A stretch of DNA of 64,000 nt from a bacterium (GTDB lineage Bacteria; Oederibacteriota; PGYV01), in contig JAKQNO010000057.1 of assembly GCA_029565735.1 (NCBI GenBank), forward strand, positions 5,481 through 69,480. The letters run 5' to 3'. Made by a program: the position numbers and the translations under genes. Shown here piece after piece: positions 19,128-28,981 of this stretch; position 1 is the stretch's first letter, and each line of letters starts with the position of its first letter. Under the pieces are notes generated by a model that saw only the letters and a list, made by a program, of their open reading frames with translations, was not told where the DNA came from and made no database searches.

Positions 19128-20363
19128 TCACCATGTCTTAATGCCTTTGGAATCAACCTTCATAAGAAATACATCTCCCCTTAAATTTCCCGCCGATGAA
19201 GTTGTCCCTGCAAATACATAGTCACCTTTTGAATCTTTTATCACAGAGCTGCAGTTGTCATCTTTGGAACCCGCATATATCTTATACGTCCCGGTATTTC
19301 CGTTAAGGTCAATTTTTGCCATGTAGACATTGGCATCGCATATCCCGTAACACCTTTTTGTTCCCGCTATCACATATCCGTCTTTTTCTTCCACCGCGTT
19401 GTAACCTACATCAGATTCCGCAGCCGGAAGCACGGCAGACCACAGGCTGTTGCCTTTTGCGTCGGTTTTAATTGCAAGAATGTCCCAGCCAAGCCCCCTT
19501 GAAATATATGAAGTGCTTTTCCCGGTTATAAGATACCCGCCGTCTTTGGTCTGAATTACTGATGTGCCGACGTCTTTTCTTACCCCTCCAAATGTCCTTG
19601 CCCACCTGCAGTTTCCTTCGGCATCTGTCTTCATCAGATAAATATCAGTCTCCCCGTTTTCTTTATTATCAATATATCCGGTATAAATAAGCCCGCCGTC
19701 TTTGGTTTCAATAATGCTGTATGCCGTATCCCATCCCGGGCCTCCATAAACCCTGTCCCACAACTTTTCACCTTTTTCATTAAACTTAAAAATATAAACA
19801 TCAGAATTCTTTTCCGTATTAAAGGAACTTGAATATCCCGCGGCCACATAATTGCCGTCGCTTGTTTTGGCGGCAGAATAGGCAAATTCATAATTCTCAC
19901 CGCCATACGTTTTTTCCCATACTTTTTCCCCGTCAGAATCGGTTCTTATTATATAAGCGTCAAATTCACCGGCCGTCTGCGTACCGGTCCCGCCTGCTAT
20001 TACATAACCGGATTTATGCCCTTTTATTACGGCTATTCCGTTGTCCTTGCCCGCGCCGCCGAATGTCCTTGTCCATACAAGCCCGCCGTCATAATCGGTC
20101 TTTAACAGATAAACATCGGTAAGCCCCGCGCCAAAAGAAGCGGTATCGCCCAGTGCCACATATCCGTTATCTTCAAGCAGTGTCCACGCCCAGTCCGCCT
20201 GGTCGCCGCCGAATGATTTAAAGACAACTTCGGACATATTAGCCTGAAGCTCCGGGCTTAGTTTGGGTTTTGACGTAATCGCAAAATAGATGGCAACTGC
20301 AAATACCACAAATATCAGCAATTTAACAAAAGTCACCTGTTCTTTTAACTTTTTGAAATTCAT
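19128..20363 (-). CDS. Membrane-anchored beta-propeller-type repeat protein
   Basis: N-terminal TM helix; about 7 repeats of DVYLLKTDxxG-xxW-xRTFGG. Confidence 0.75.
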   Translation of the reverse strand: MNFKKLKEQVTFVKLLIFVVFAVAIYFAITSKPKLSPELQANMSEVVFKSFGGDQADWAWTLLEDNGYVALGDTASFGAGLTDVYLLKTDYDGGLVWTRTFGGAGKDNGIAVIKGHKSGYVIAGGTGTQTAGEFDAYIIRTDSDGEKVWEKTYGGENYEFAYSAAKTSDGNYVAAGYSSSFNTEKNSDVYIFKFNEKGEKLWDRVYGGPGWDTAYSIIETKDGGLIYTGYIDNKENGETDIYLMKTDAEGNCRWARTFGGVRKDVGTSVIQTKDGGYLITGKSTSYISRGLGWDILAIKTDAKGNSLWSAVLPAAESDVGYNAVEEKDGYVIAGTKRCYGICDANVYMAKIDLNGNTGTYKIYAGSKDDNCSSVIKDSKGDYVFAGTTSSAGNLRGDVFLMKVDSKGIKTW

Positions 20364-20378
20364 ACTCCCCCCCATTTT

Positions 20379-20954
20379 TTATTTTATAAATGTCCCGGCG
20401 CCAAAAAATCTGGAGCCCCAGTAACGTTTGTTCATATCAGCAATCTGAATCTGTTTTCCTATACCCGGCGCGTGCACAAACTCGCCGTTGCCTATGTATA
20501 TACCCACGTGATTTACACCCATTCCGCGCGTATTAAAAAAAACAAGGTCTCCCCGTTTAAGTTCCCTTTGAAGCAATAACGTTGCTTTACGGTACTGTTC
20601 GGTTGATTTTTTTGGGATAGCAATTCCCGCGGCCATGTAAGCGTGCTGAGTCAGCCCCGAACAGTCATATCCGTAATCCTCTTCGCTTCCCGTGCCGCCC
20701 GGCCAGTAATCCTGCCCTATAAGGGCCATTGCCGCATTTACAATTTTTTCCCTTTTGGCCTCTTCCCCGGTAAGCTTTGGCTTCTTTTTTTCTTTTTTCT
20801 TTTCCGGCTTTTTTGCGGTTTCTTTCAGTGCGGCTTCTTTTTCAATTTCCTGCTGTACTTCAAGATTATATAATTCCGCTTTTATAATTATACCCGAAGA
20901 TATAACAAAAATCACAGCCATAAAACCTGTAAAAATCAACCTGAATAATTTCAT
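20379..20954 (-). CDS. NlpC/P60 (C40) cell-wall peptidase
   Basis: YDCSGL, GDLVFF and HVGIYIGNGEFVHA. Confidence 0.92.
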   Translation of the reverse strand: MKLFRLIFTGFMAVIFVISSGIIIKAELYNLEVQQEIEKEAALKETAKKPEKKKEKKKPKLTGEEAKREKIVNAAMALIGQDYWPGGTGSEEDYGYDCSGLTQHAYMAAGIAIPKKSTEQYRKATLLLQRELKRGDLVFFNTRGMGVNHVGIYIGNGEFVHAPGIGKQIQIADMNKRYWGSRFFGAGTFIK

Positions 20955-20966
20955 ATTATTACCTCT

Positions 20967-21428
20967 TTAGAAATAATTTCCGGCTCCGATAAAAACCTTT
21001 TTCCAATAGACGTTTTCAAGCTCGTCTTTTCTTACAGAATCCCCGGTCTTGGGCGCGTGGATAAAAATTCCTCCGCCCATATAAACGCCCACGTGGGAAA
21101 CACCGCCGCCGCTTGTATTAAAAAAAACAAGGTCGCCTTTCTGCAAAGCGGATTTTTCCACCTTAACGGATTTTGTATACTGCGCAGCGGAAGTCCTTGG
21201 AATGCTGATACCCGCTTTTGAATATGCTTTCTGCGCAAGCCCGGAGCAGTCCAGGGAGCCGTACTGATAACTTCTGTCAAGCATATCACCGGCTGCCCTT
21301 GCGACCGTTTCCCTTGCGTTAATATTTGTCCCGGCAGTATGCCCTGTATTTACCGCGCCTTTAAAAGAAACGCATCCGGCAGAAAAGAATAAAGCCGTTA
21401 TCAAAGCGTATAATAAAATTTTTTTCAT
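20967..21428 (-). CDS. NlpC/P60 (C40) lipoprotein
   Basis: Lipobox SAGC; LDCSGL, GDLVFF and HVGVYMG. Confidence 0.92.
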   Translation of the reverse strand: MKKILLYALITALFFSAGCVSFKGAVNTGHTAGTNINARETVARAAGDMLDRSYQYGSLDCSGLAQKAYSKAGISIPRTSAAQYTKSVKVEKSALQKGDLVFFNTSGGGVSHVGVYMGGGIFIHAPKTGDSVRKDELENVYWKKVFIGAGNYF

Positions 21429-22066
21429 TTTATGCTCCCGTAAAATTTCATGCTTTCGGGCTCCTCTTCAAGCACGTTGGTTATGTATGAATCCAGCATA
21501 TTGTTTAACGCTTCCGAATAGCATCCGCAGTTTCCAAGTTCCATATCTTTCAGCGCTTTTCTTACATCCGGCTCCACGCACCTGGCCTTAAGAAAATCCG
21601 CGTCATCAGACGGATTAAACCCCGCCGACCTTAGCAGCTGAACTTTAAACCTTGCGCAGTGTTCCGCGGCCTGTGCTTCGCCGGAATTTTCAACCGATAA
21701 AAGCGTGTTTAAAACAAGGCAGAAAACTTCCGCGTTTGCGTCTTCGGGTTGCATGAACTTTTCAACAAGTTCAATTATATAATACGCAATCGCTATCTTT
21801 TTAAGGCTTTTTCTGATGCCGGCAAAGGAGTTTTGCGCCTTTGCCTGTATTAAAGTAAAATAGCGTGAATCAGGATTCTTTCTTGCAAGCATAAAATCGC
21901 CAAAACTGAACAGTTCCAGCGAATTTTTAAACCGGCTTGCGGGTTTTCTGGTGCCTTTGGAAATAATAAAAATCTTACCCGCCTCTTTTGTAAAAACGGA
22001 AGTGGTATTGTCGTTTTCCGACCTGTCATACCTTTTTAAAACAATACCCTCTGTTTTAAGCTCCAT
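21425..22066 (-). CDS. recO: DNA repair protein RecO
   Basis: MELKTEGIVLKRYDRSEND...FTKEAGKI...KGTRKPASRF OB-fold. Confidence 0.85.
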   Translation of the reverse strand: MELKTEGIVLKRYDRSENDNTTSVFTKEAGKIFIISKGTRKPASRFKNSLELFSFGDFMLARKNPDSRYFTLIQAKAQNSFAGIRKSLKKIAIAYYIIELVEKFMQPEDANAEVFCLVLNTLLSVENSGEAQAAEHCARFKVQLLRSAGFNPSDDADFLKARCVEPDVRKALKDMELGNCGCYSEALNNMLDSYITNVLEEEPESMKFYGSIK

Positions 22067-22069
22067 TTA

Positions 22070-22471
22070 TCAGTAATAACCTTCCTGTATCAGCGTGCCG
22101 CCTTCCGCGCCTGACATAAAGCTTCCTGCTACCGCCATAAGTATGAAAATAAATAAGCATAAAAGAATTCCGGCAGCCATTATTATATAACAAAGCCTGG
22201 CAAAATCCCTGTTCTGCTTGTCCTGCTGTGAATGGTACAGGGTGCCTATAAGAAAACCGATGACAGGATTAATACAAAACAGATAAACAAGAAATTTCAA
22301 AAATCCTTTCGGCCTTTTAAAACAGGACTCGGACTCAAGATTAACACAACTGCCGCAGTAATTTTTGCCGCCTTTAATATTTTCCGACCCTTCCTGCAAA
22401 AGCATTCCGCAGCTGACGCATGCGGTTTTATATTCCGGTTTTTTAACCCTGCTTTTCAGAATTTTTTTCAT
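22070..22471 (-). CDS. Zn-ribbon membrane protein, hypothetical
   Basis: CxxC...CxxC followed by two hydrophobic segments. Confidence 0.6.
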   Translation of the reverse strand: MKKILKSRVKKPEYKTACVSCGMLLQEGSENIKGGKNYCGSCVNLESESCFKRPKGFLKFLVYLFCINPVIGFLIGTLYHSQQDKQNRDFARLCYIIMAAGILLCLFIFILMAVAGSFMSGAEGGTLIQEGYY

Positions 22472-22575
22472 CTCTTCTCCTTTGAATACCTTTGACTTGG
22501 GTAAATACCCCTTATCTAAAGTATTTATGTATCCGCCGCGAGGCTGTTAAACCGCGCGGCGCATTAACTTTGACC

Positions 22576-23145
22576 TTAATTAAAATTTACCGCCGGAACC
22601 GCTTTCTTTTCTTCTTCGGCTTTAAAGTATATTTCTTTTTTAGCAAAACCAAACATACCCGCCACGACATTTGCCGGGAAGAACCTTACAGTCGTATTAT
22701 ACGCCTGGACAACTTCATTATATTTTTTTCTTTCAACGGCTATCCTGTTTTCCGTGCCTGAAAGTTCATCCATCAACTTGTTAAAGCTTTCATTTGCCTT
22801 AAGCTGCGGATAATTTTCCGCTATGGCAAGAAGCCTTGAAAGCGCCGAATCCATCGCCCCCGCCGCTTTTACCTTATCATCAACCGTTCTGGCGCCCGCC
22901 AGCGCAGCCCTTGCATTGGCCACGTTTTCAAATACCTCTTTTTCATGTTTCGCGTACCCTTTAACCGTGTTCACAAGGTTCGGTATAAGGTCTCCCCTTC
23001 TCTGCAGAACATTTTCTATCTGCGCCCACGCCGCGTTTATTGCTTCGTCATACTTTACCAGCTTGTTGTACGTGGAAACAAAAAACATTACAATTAAAAG
23101 CACAATACCAATGACTCCCAAAAGCACTTTCATTCCGTTTTTCAT
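22576..23145 (-). CDS. lemA: LemA family protein
   Basis: QRRGDLIPNLVNTVKGY, ENYPQLKAN and ENRIAVER. Confidence 0.93.
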   Translation of the reverse strand: MKNGMKVLLGVIGIVLLIVMFFVSTYNKLVKYDEAINAAWAQIENVLQRRGDLIPNLVNTVKGYAKHEKEVFENVANARAALAGARTVDDKVKAAGAMDSALSRLLAIAENYPQLKANESFNKLMDELSGTENRIAVERKKYNEVVQAYNTTVRFFPANVVAGMFGFAKKEIYFKAEEEKKAVPAVNFN

Positions 23146-23160
23146 TTTCTTATCTCCTTG

Positions 23161-23862
23161 TTATTTTTTAAACCTGTCTATTATCATATTTACCCTTTCT
23201 ATTTCAGCCATATACGCGCTGAAAAAAATATTCGCGTCAGCCACTGTTGCCCGGCCTTCTTTTAAAGCAAGGACATCGGCAAAAATACTGTGGTTAACTT
23301 TAAAATTTTTGGGCATGTTCATGATAATGTCCCATTTCTTAACAGGGGCTTTTTTACCGTAAAGCCTTATAATTGCCTTAAAAATCACCGTAAATGTGGT
23401 GACAGAATCTCTCATAAGTTTTATAACCTCTTTGCCGCTTCCGCCTGTAAGCACATAAGCGGACCTTAACCTTAAAATGGCGCTTTTCATCTCCCTTTCT
23501 ATTTCAAGCCTTAAATTCTGCGTCCTTATCTTCATTTTTTTAAAGATGTCTTCTCCCGCAAGCAGCGCGTGGCTTTCCTTTATATCAAGAAACTCTATTG
23601 GAAAAATATCATCAGCATATTTAATCCTCTCGTACGTAAACAACAGCGGCAGCGGATTGCCGGTTTTTTTCCATTTCTTAAACGGACCATGAAGGGACTT
23701 TAACGTCACTATATCGCAGTCTTTCACCACGATTAACGTGTTTAAATCAGATGTTTTATACCTGTCATCCGCGGCAGCGGAACCGTAAAGTATAAATGAT
23801 TTAAGATTCTGCCCAAGCGCTTCCTTTACCTCTTTTACGAACTTTTCAAGTTTATTATCCAT
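23161..23862 (-). CDS. Nucleotidyltransferase-like domain protein
   Basis: ILYGSAA...SDLNTLIV and DIFPIEFLDI. Confidence 0.7.
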   Translation of the reverse strand: MDNKLEKFVKEVKEALGQNLKSFILYGSAAADDRYKTSDLNTLIVVKDCDIVTLKSLHGPFKKWKKTGNPLPLLFTYERIKYADDIFPIEFLDIKESHALLAGEDIFKKMKIRTQNLRLEIEREMKSAILRLRSAYVLTGGSGKEVIKLMRDSVTTFTVIFKAIIRLYGKKAPVKKWDIIMNMPKNFKVNHSIFADVLALKEGRATVADANIFFSAYMAEIERVNMIIDRFKK

Positions 23863-23896
23863 TTATCCTCCTTGTTAAATCCTGAAAAATGTTTTT

Positions 23897-24634
23897 TTAC
23901 CATCCGCCGGACGCGCCGCCGCCTCCGGAACTTCCGCCTCCAAATCCCCCAAATCCGCCTCCGCCGAACCCGCCGCCTCCGCGGCTGCCCCCGCCGCTGC
24001 TTAAAAGGTACAGAAGAATCCATGGATTTTTAATTATAATGGGAATCATTATAATTAAAAATATTATCATTATAATTTTTTCGGCTTTGGTAAGCGGCCT
24101 TGTTTGATTGTATGAATTATAACTGACAGGCGCCTGCGCGTTTATTTCAACGCCGTATTCGCCGGCAATAATGGAAGACAGTTTATATACAGCCCCGTAG
24201 ATACCCCCGGAATAATCCGACTGCCTGAAAGCAGGCGCTATAACTTCCCTTATTATTGAACCCGCCATACCGTCAGTAACAGCGCCTTCAAGCCCATATC
24301 CAACTTCAATCCTTACCTGCCTTTCGCTTAAAGCGACAAGCAGCATTATTCCGTTATCTTTGCCTTTTTTGCCCACTCCCCACTGTTCAAAGAGCGTATT
24401 GGTAAAATCATTTAAGTCATTTCCTTCAAGCGACTGTATTATAACAACCGCTATTTCCGCGGTTGTCTGCTGATTAAGCGAATTTATAAGGGTTTCTATT
24501 TTCTGTACGGAAGCCTGATCCATTATGCCTGCAAAATCATTTACCCAGCCCGTAGGCTTAAGCGAATCAGGCGAAACAGCAAAAACAGAAACATAAAATA
24601 ATATTGAAAATAACACAATAAATAATTTTTTCAT
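23897..24634 (-). CDS. TPM domain protein with Gly-rich C-terminal tail
   Basis: VNDFAG, WGVGKKGKDNG, RIEVGYGLEG and GGFGGGSSGGGGASGGW. Confidence 0.92.
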   Translation of the reverse strand: MKKLFIVLFSILFYVSVFAVSPDSLKPTGWVNDFAGIMDQASVQKIETLINSLNQQTTAEIAVVIIQSLEGNDLNDFTNTLFEQWGVGKKGKDNGIMLLVALSERQVRIEVGYGLEGAVTDGMAGSIIREVIAPAFRQSDYSGGIYGAVYKLSSIIAGEYGVEINAQAPVSYNSYNQTRPLTKAEKIIMIIFLIIMIPIIIKNPWILLYLLSSGGGSRGGGGFGGGGFGGFGGGSSGGGGASGGW

Positions 24635-24660
24635 GCAATGATTATATCACAAAAAAGAAA

Positions 24661-24700
24661 ATAGGACATATAGGACTTATAGGACATATTTGACTTATAT
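24661..24700 (+). repeat. Nonamer tandem array ATAGGAC(A/T)T
   Basis: ataggacat ataggactt ataggacat atttgactt atat. Confidence 0.8.
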
Positions 24701-24735
24701 TTGCGCAACCGTTTTCAGCTGCGCATTAAGTATAT

Positions 24736-25011
24736 TTACTTCCCGTTCTTTTTAAACGCGGCTTCTATCCTTTTTTCCAGGTCTTCTTCCTGTTTTACCT
24801 CTTTTAAATCCACTTTCAGCTGCATCATAGACCTGATCATTGAACGGATTATTGTTGTTTTGGCTAGCTTAAAACCGCCTTTGGACTTTGCCTCTGAACC
24901 AAACTTTTCCAGATAGTCGTCAAGTTCTTTTGGAAGTGTTAATGATACCCTGAAATAATCCGCCTTTGTTTCGGTAGAATTGCCAATCTTTTTAGCCGCC
25001 ATAGTATCCAC
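24736..25011 (-). CDS. Small putative ribbon-helix-helix DNA-binding protein
   Basis: RVSLTLPKELDDYLEKF...KTTIIRSMI pattern. Confidence 0.55.
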   Translation of the reverse strand: MDTMAAKKIGNSTETKADYFRVSLTLPKELDDYLEKFGSEAKSKGGFKLAKTTIIRSMIRSMMQLKVDLKEVKQEEDLEKRIEAAFKKNGK

Positions 25012-25117
25012 CGCCCCTTATTGCTTCACGATTGGATTCCTTTTCTATAATGAATTATACAATTACCCAAAACTTTTGTCAAGTTTTTTGTAAGTTATTT
25101 TAAATCTATCATTTTTC

Positions 25118-26716
25118 TTACGCAAACGACGTCCAGTCAATATTCGGGAATATATTATCCCTTAGCTCTATTTCAAGAAGGTATGAACTGTCCACATTGC
25201 CGGTCATAAGCATATCGTATATCCTATAAAAACGCATAATATGGTTCTTTGTCCGCCTTACCGCGTATTCAACCATTGTCTGTGTCCTCATAATAAAAGC
25301 CCAGTCGCTTGACTGCGCAAGAAGCACTTCCCTTGCCGCCTGTTTTAAAAGCCTTTCTGTAATCGGCTCAACGGGTTTGAATTTATGCTTTAACGCAAGT
25401 TCATGCATCTTTTCATACGTCTTATGCAGATGCCTGTATATCCAGTCGTTCGTGCCGTTAAGCCAGAATTCAGCGTATCCTTTTGCGCCCCAGCTGGAAA
25501 AAGCCGGTGTTACAACCTGGTTTTCCGGATATTTTTCAAGGTATTCGGAAGGCGTTATTGTATCCACAGTGTTCTGGTCATAATGCATTTTTCTTAAAAG
25601 ATAGTCTATAAAATAAGGGCCTTCATACCACCAGTGCCCGAACAGTTCCGCGTCATACGGCGCGACAATAACCGGTTTGCGCCTCATCACGGAAGATAAG
25701 TGTTCAACCTGTTTTTCCCTGTTAAACATAAAGTTGCCCGCGTGGGTTGCCGCGGCTTCAAGCGCGTCGTTATAATTATATGGCGCCTTGCCGGAAAGGT
25801 CAACACCGCCTGTTATCTTGAAATATTTAATCCCGGTGTTCATCCTTATGCCGCTTGAATGTATATAAGGTTTAATGTATTCATAATCAAGGTCATATCC
25901 TATGTCGCGGTAAAATTCCCTGTATCTGAAATCGCCCGGGTATCCTGATTTCGCGCTCCATACCTGCCTGGAAGATTCCATATCGCGGCCAAAAGCCGCC
26001 ACGCCTGATTTGCAGTAAACAGGGGCAAAAACGCCGTATTTAGGCCTTGGATTTCCGTGAAGTATTCCGTGCGTATCAACCATAAAATATCTTATCCCGT
26101 TGTTTTTCAGTATTTCATCGTCGCCGGGATTGTAACCGCATTCCGGAAGCCAGATGCCCTTTGGCCTTTTCCCGAACGTTTCGGTGTAATGGTCAACGGC
26201 AACTTTTACCTGCGCGTTAGCCGCGTGCTTTTGGGGGTCAAGCGGCAAAAAACCGTGCGTGGCGCCGCAGGTTATTATTTCAAGCTTGCCCGCATCCTGC
26301 AGTTTTGCAAAAGCGGACACAAGGTCGCGGCCGCACTTTTCTTCAAATACAAACCTTGCGTTATGAAATTTTTCCCTGTATATTTTTGCGGTGTCATTAA
26401 AATGCGGCTCAAACTTTGTCCGTATTACTTCTTTTTCAATAAGCTCGATTGACTTGTTGATATGTTCAAGATACCGCAGCTGAAGCATTTCGTCGCGCAT
26501 CATTGAAATTAAAGGCGGGGTAAGCGACATGGTTATCCTGAAATCAACGCCGTCGTCAATCAGTTTATTGAATATATTGATAAGCGGGATATACGTCTCT
26601 GTTATGGCCTCAAAAAACCAGTTTTCTTCCAAGGGGTCATTGTATTCCGGATGCCTTACAAACGGAAGGTGCGCGTGAAGAATTAAGGCTAAGTATCCCG
26701 AAGGATTACTTTTCAT
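25118..26716 (-). CDS. GH57 family 1,4-alpha-glucan branching enzyme (DUF1957)
   Basis: LHAHLPFV, ETYIPL, GIWLPEC, PYDAELFGHWWYEG and LAQSSDWAF. Confidence 0.92.
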   Translation of the reverse strand: MKSNPSGYLALILHAHLPFVRHPEYNDPLEENWFFEAITETYIPLINIFNKLIDDGVDFRITMSLTPPLISMMRDEMLQLRYLEHINKSIELIEKEVIRTKFEPHFNDTAKIYREKFHNARFVFEEKCGRDLVSAFAKLQDAGKLEIITCGATHGFLPLDPQKHAANAQVKVAVDHYTETFGKRPKGIWLPECGYNPGDDEILKNNGIRYFMVDTHGILHGNPRPKYGVFAPVYCKSGVAAFGRDMESSRQVWSAKSGYPGDFRYREFYRDIGYDLDYEYIKPYIHSSGIRMNTGIKYFKITGGVDLSGKAPYNYNDALEAAATHAGNFMFNREKQVEHLSSVMRRKPVIVAPYDAELFGHWWYEGPYFIDYLLRKMHYDQNTVDTITPSEYLEKYPENQVVTPAFSSWGAKGYAEFWLNGTNDWIYRHLHKTYEKMHELALKHKFKPVEPITERLLKQAAREVLLAQSSDWAFIMRTQTMVEYAVRRTKNHIMRFYRIYDMLMTGNVDSSYLLEIELRDNIFPNIDWTSFA

Positions 26717-26719
26717 AAA

Positions 26720-27943
26720 TTACTTTTTGTTTCTTTCAACGGTAAACATGATGGTTATTTTATCCACGCCGTCAGCGGAAGTTGCTTCAACGGGAAGTTT
26801 CATCACACCGTCAGGCAGGTGGTACCTTGCAGAAAAAGAACCGTCGCTTTCAAGTTTTACCTGCTCGCCTTTTATTGTAAGTTTGGCGTCGCGTTCAGTG
26901 GCTCCGTATAAGATAAGTTCAGTGTCTGCGACAAGGAAAAATTTTCTTTTCTTCTCTCCCACAACGCCCTGATTGCTTCCATAAGCTTCAGAACCGCCCT
27001 GCGAAGAAATCGTTTCGTTCAGGTTCAGCCCCGCCCTTTCAGACGCGCCTATTCCGGTTTTACCGCCGCCGGACATCCTGAATATTTCATCAAAGTCCTC
27101 ATCAACCGCCATCCATTCTTCTTCAATTACCGGAGAAATGGTGTCAGCAGGCGTTCCAACCTGGTTTGACCTTGCTATTGAAATAAAATGGCCTTCCGTT
27201 GTTTTAAAGCCAAGCTCCACAAGGTAATTTCTGCCGGCTTCCCATACATTCAAATACCAGTTATTCGCGTCGCCGTTTACGGAAATATCAATATATTTAT
27301 TGGAATTAGAACCGTCAAAGCTGATTCCTGTGACATCATATACCCTTAAAACAAGCCAGTGCCTTCCCCATTCATCCCTTACAGAAGCGGCTTTCTGCGC
27401 CATTACTTCCGGCGAAATATCCCAGTAAGCATAGCACCAGTACGGGTCACGCGCCATAAGCACCAGTTTATTGTCATAATAGCGTTCAGGCAGTTCTCCT
27501 TCGTGCATGCTTCCTTTTTCTATGGATGCTTCGTATTTTTTTAATTCATTGACCTTTGCCTGCGGAGCGTAAAATTTGGCAGCTTCAACACCGCTTTCTT
27601 CTTCGTCTTCTTTTACCGCGTTTTTTTCTTTAGCTGAAATACCGGCGCTTTTTTCTTTCTTAACAGCGGTTTTTTTCTTTACTGTTTTTACCGGTTTGGC
27701 AGTTTCTTTAATAACCTGCTTTTTTTCCGCGGGTTTTGCTTCCTGCGCTTTTATTTCTGATGCTTTTTTATTTTCAGCCTCTTTTTTGACTGTTTTTGCC
27801 GAATCTTTTTTAGCGGCTTTTTTTACAGGTTTCGCAGCTGGTTTATCGGATTTTTTTGACAGCGCTTTTGAAGCGCTTTTTTTAACTGGTGTTTCTTCCG
27901 ATTTTTTTGTAACTGCTTTTTTTGAAACCTTTTTTTCAGCCAC
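26720..27943 (-). CDS. DUF4912 domain protein with Lys-rich N-terminal region
   Basis: LMARDPYWCYAYW, LRVYDVT and ELILYGATE; adjacent to GH57. Confidence 0.8.
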   Translation of the reverse strand: MAEKKVSKKAVTKKSEETPVKKSASKALSKKSDKPAAKPVKKAAKKDSAKTVKKEAENKKASEIKAQEAKPAEKKQVIKETAKPVKTVKKKTAVKKEKSAGISAKEKNAVKEDEEESGVEAAKFYAPQAKVNELKKYEASIEKGSMHEGELPERYYDNKLVLMARDPYWCYAYWDISPEVMAQKAASVRDEWGRHWLVLRVYDVTGISFDGSNSNKYIDISVNGDANNWYLNVWEAGRNYLVELGFKTTEGHFISIARSNQVGTPADTISPVIEEEWMAVDEDFDEIFRMSGGGKTGIGASERAGLNLNETISSQGGSEAYGSNQGVVGEKKRKFFLVADTELILYGATERDAKLTIKGEQVKLESDGSFSARYHLPDGVMKLPVEATSADGVDKITIMFTVERNKK

Positions 27944-28061
27944 TTCAATATCTCCTTGAATATGATACGCATACCCTTAATGGATACGCGTGAAAATATT
28001 TTTTCGCCCAACAAAACAAAAATTCAGGCAACACAATACAATATTATCAGTTTAAACTTAT

Positions 28062-28355
28062 TTATTGTGCCGCAGGCGGTTTACCTGTCATTACTTCAAT
28101 AAGTTCCTTGCCGGGTTTGAATTTTACAACTTTCTTTGCCGGAACTTCAACTTTTTCGCCGGTTTTGGGATTTCTGGCAAGCCTTCCTTTTCTTTCTTTA
28201 ACCGAAAAAGAACCAAGGCCTGTAACGGAAATCTTTGTGCCTTCCTGAAGAGCGTCCTGGGCTATCTTTACAAACTGATCCAGAACCTTTTCAATGTCTT
28301 TTTTCGGAAGCGCGATGTTCTCACCAATCTTGTCAACAATCTCAATTTTAGTCAT
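28062..28355 (-). CDS. HU family DNA-binding protein
   Basis: GLGSF...RNPKTGE...KFKPGKEL. Confidence 0.93.
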   Translation of the reverse strand: MTKIEIVDKIGENIALPKKDIEKVLDQFVKIAQDALQEGTKISVTGLGSFSVKERKGRLARNPKTGEKVEVPAKKVVKFKPGKELIEVMTGKPPAAQ

Positions 28356-28489
28356 AAATGAATTACCCTCCTTTAAGCATTTTTTAAATTATAATATAAA
28401 ACCCCTTATAAGTCAAGGGTTTTATGGCTTGATATGCTTAAAACAGGGATAGCCCTATAAAATAAGGAAAAAACAGAGAGACGCAAGTA

Positions 28490-28972
28490 TTACCTTGAAA
28501 ATTTCAGTTTAAGGGCTTTAGTTACATGGGCAGGCACAAACAATTCTGTTTTTCCCCCATAAACCGCAATTTCTTTAACGGCAGACGATGAGATATAAAG
28601 GTATTTTTCATCCGGCATCAGATATATCATTTCCGCTTCAGGATTAAGCTTTTTATTTAAAAGTGCAAGCTGAAATTCGTATTCAAAATCAGAAATTACC
28701 CTTATTCCCCTTATAACAAGGTTTCTTCCCGTGCTTTTAAGGTAATCCGCCAGCAAGCCGGAATAACATTCAACCTTTATGTTTTTTATGCCTTTAACAG
28801 CTTTTTTTGCCATTTCTACGCGTTCTTCAACGCTGAAAAGCGGTTTTTTATGCTCGCTTTTGGAAACAGCAATAACTACCGTATCAAACATTTTTGAAGC
28901 CCTTTTTACAATATCTATATGCCCGTTGGTTATCGGGTCAAAAGTCCCGGGATAAACCGCTGTCTTTTTCAT
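28490..28972 (-). CDS. coaD: Phosphopantetheine adenylyltransferase
   Basis: YPGTFDPITNGHIDI, RGIRVISDFEYE and ISSSAVKE. Confidence 0.96.
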   Translation of the reverse strand: MKKTAVYPGTFDPITNGHIDIVKRASKMFDTVVIAVSKSEHKKPLFSVEERVEMAKKAVKGIKNIKVECYSGLLADYLKSTGRNLVIRGIRVISDFEYEFQLALLNKKLNPEAEMIYLMPDEKYLYISSSAVKEIAVYGGKTELFVPAHVTKALKLKFSR

Positions 28973-28981
28973 TCTTACCTC

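Noticed and set aside
21425-22066. RecO lacking a four-Cys zinc finger as a pseudogene
   Set aside because: The ORF is intact and overlaps its neighbour normally; zinc-less RecO variants are common.
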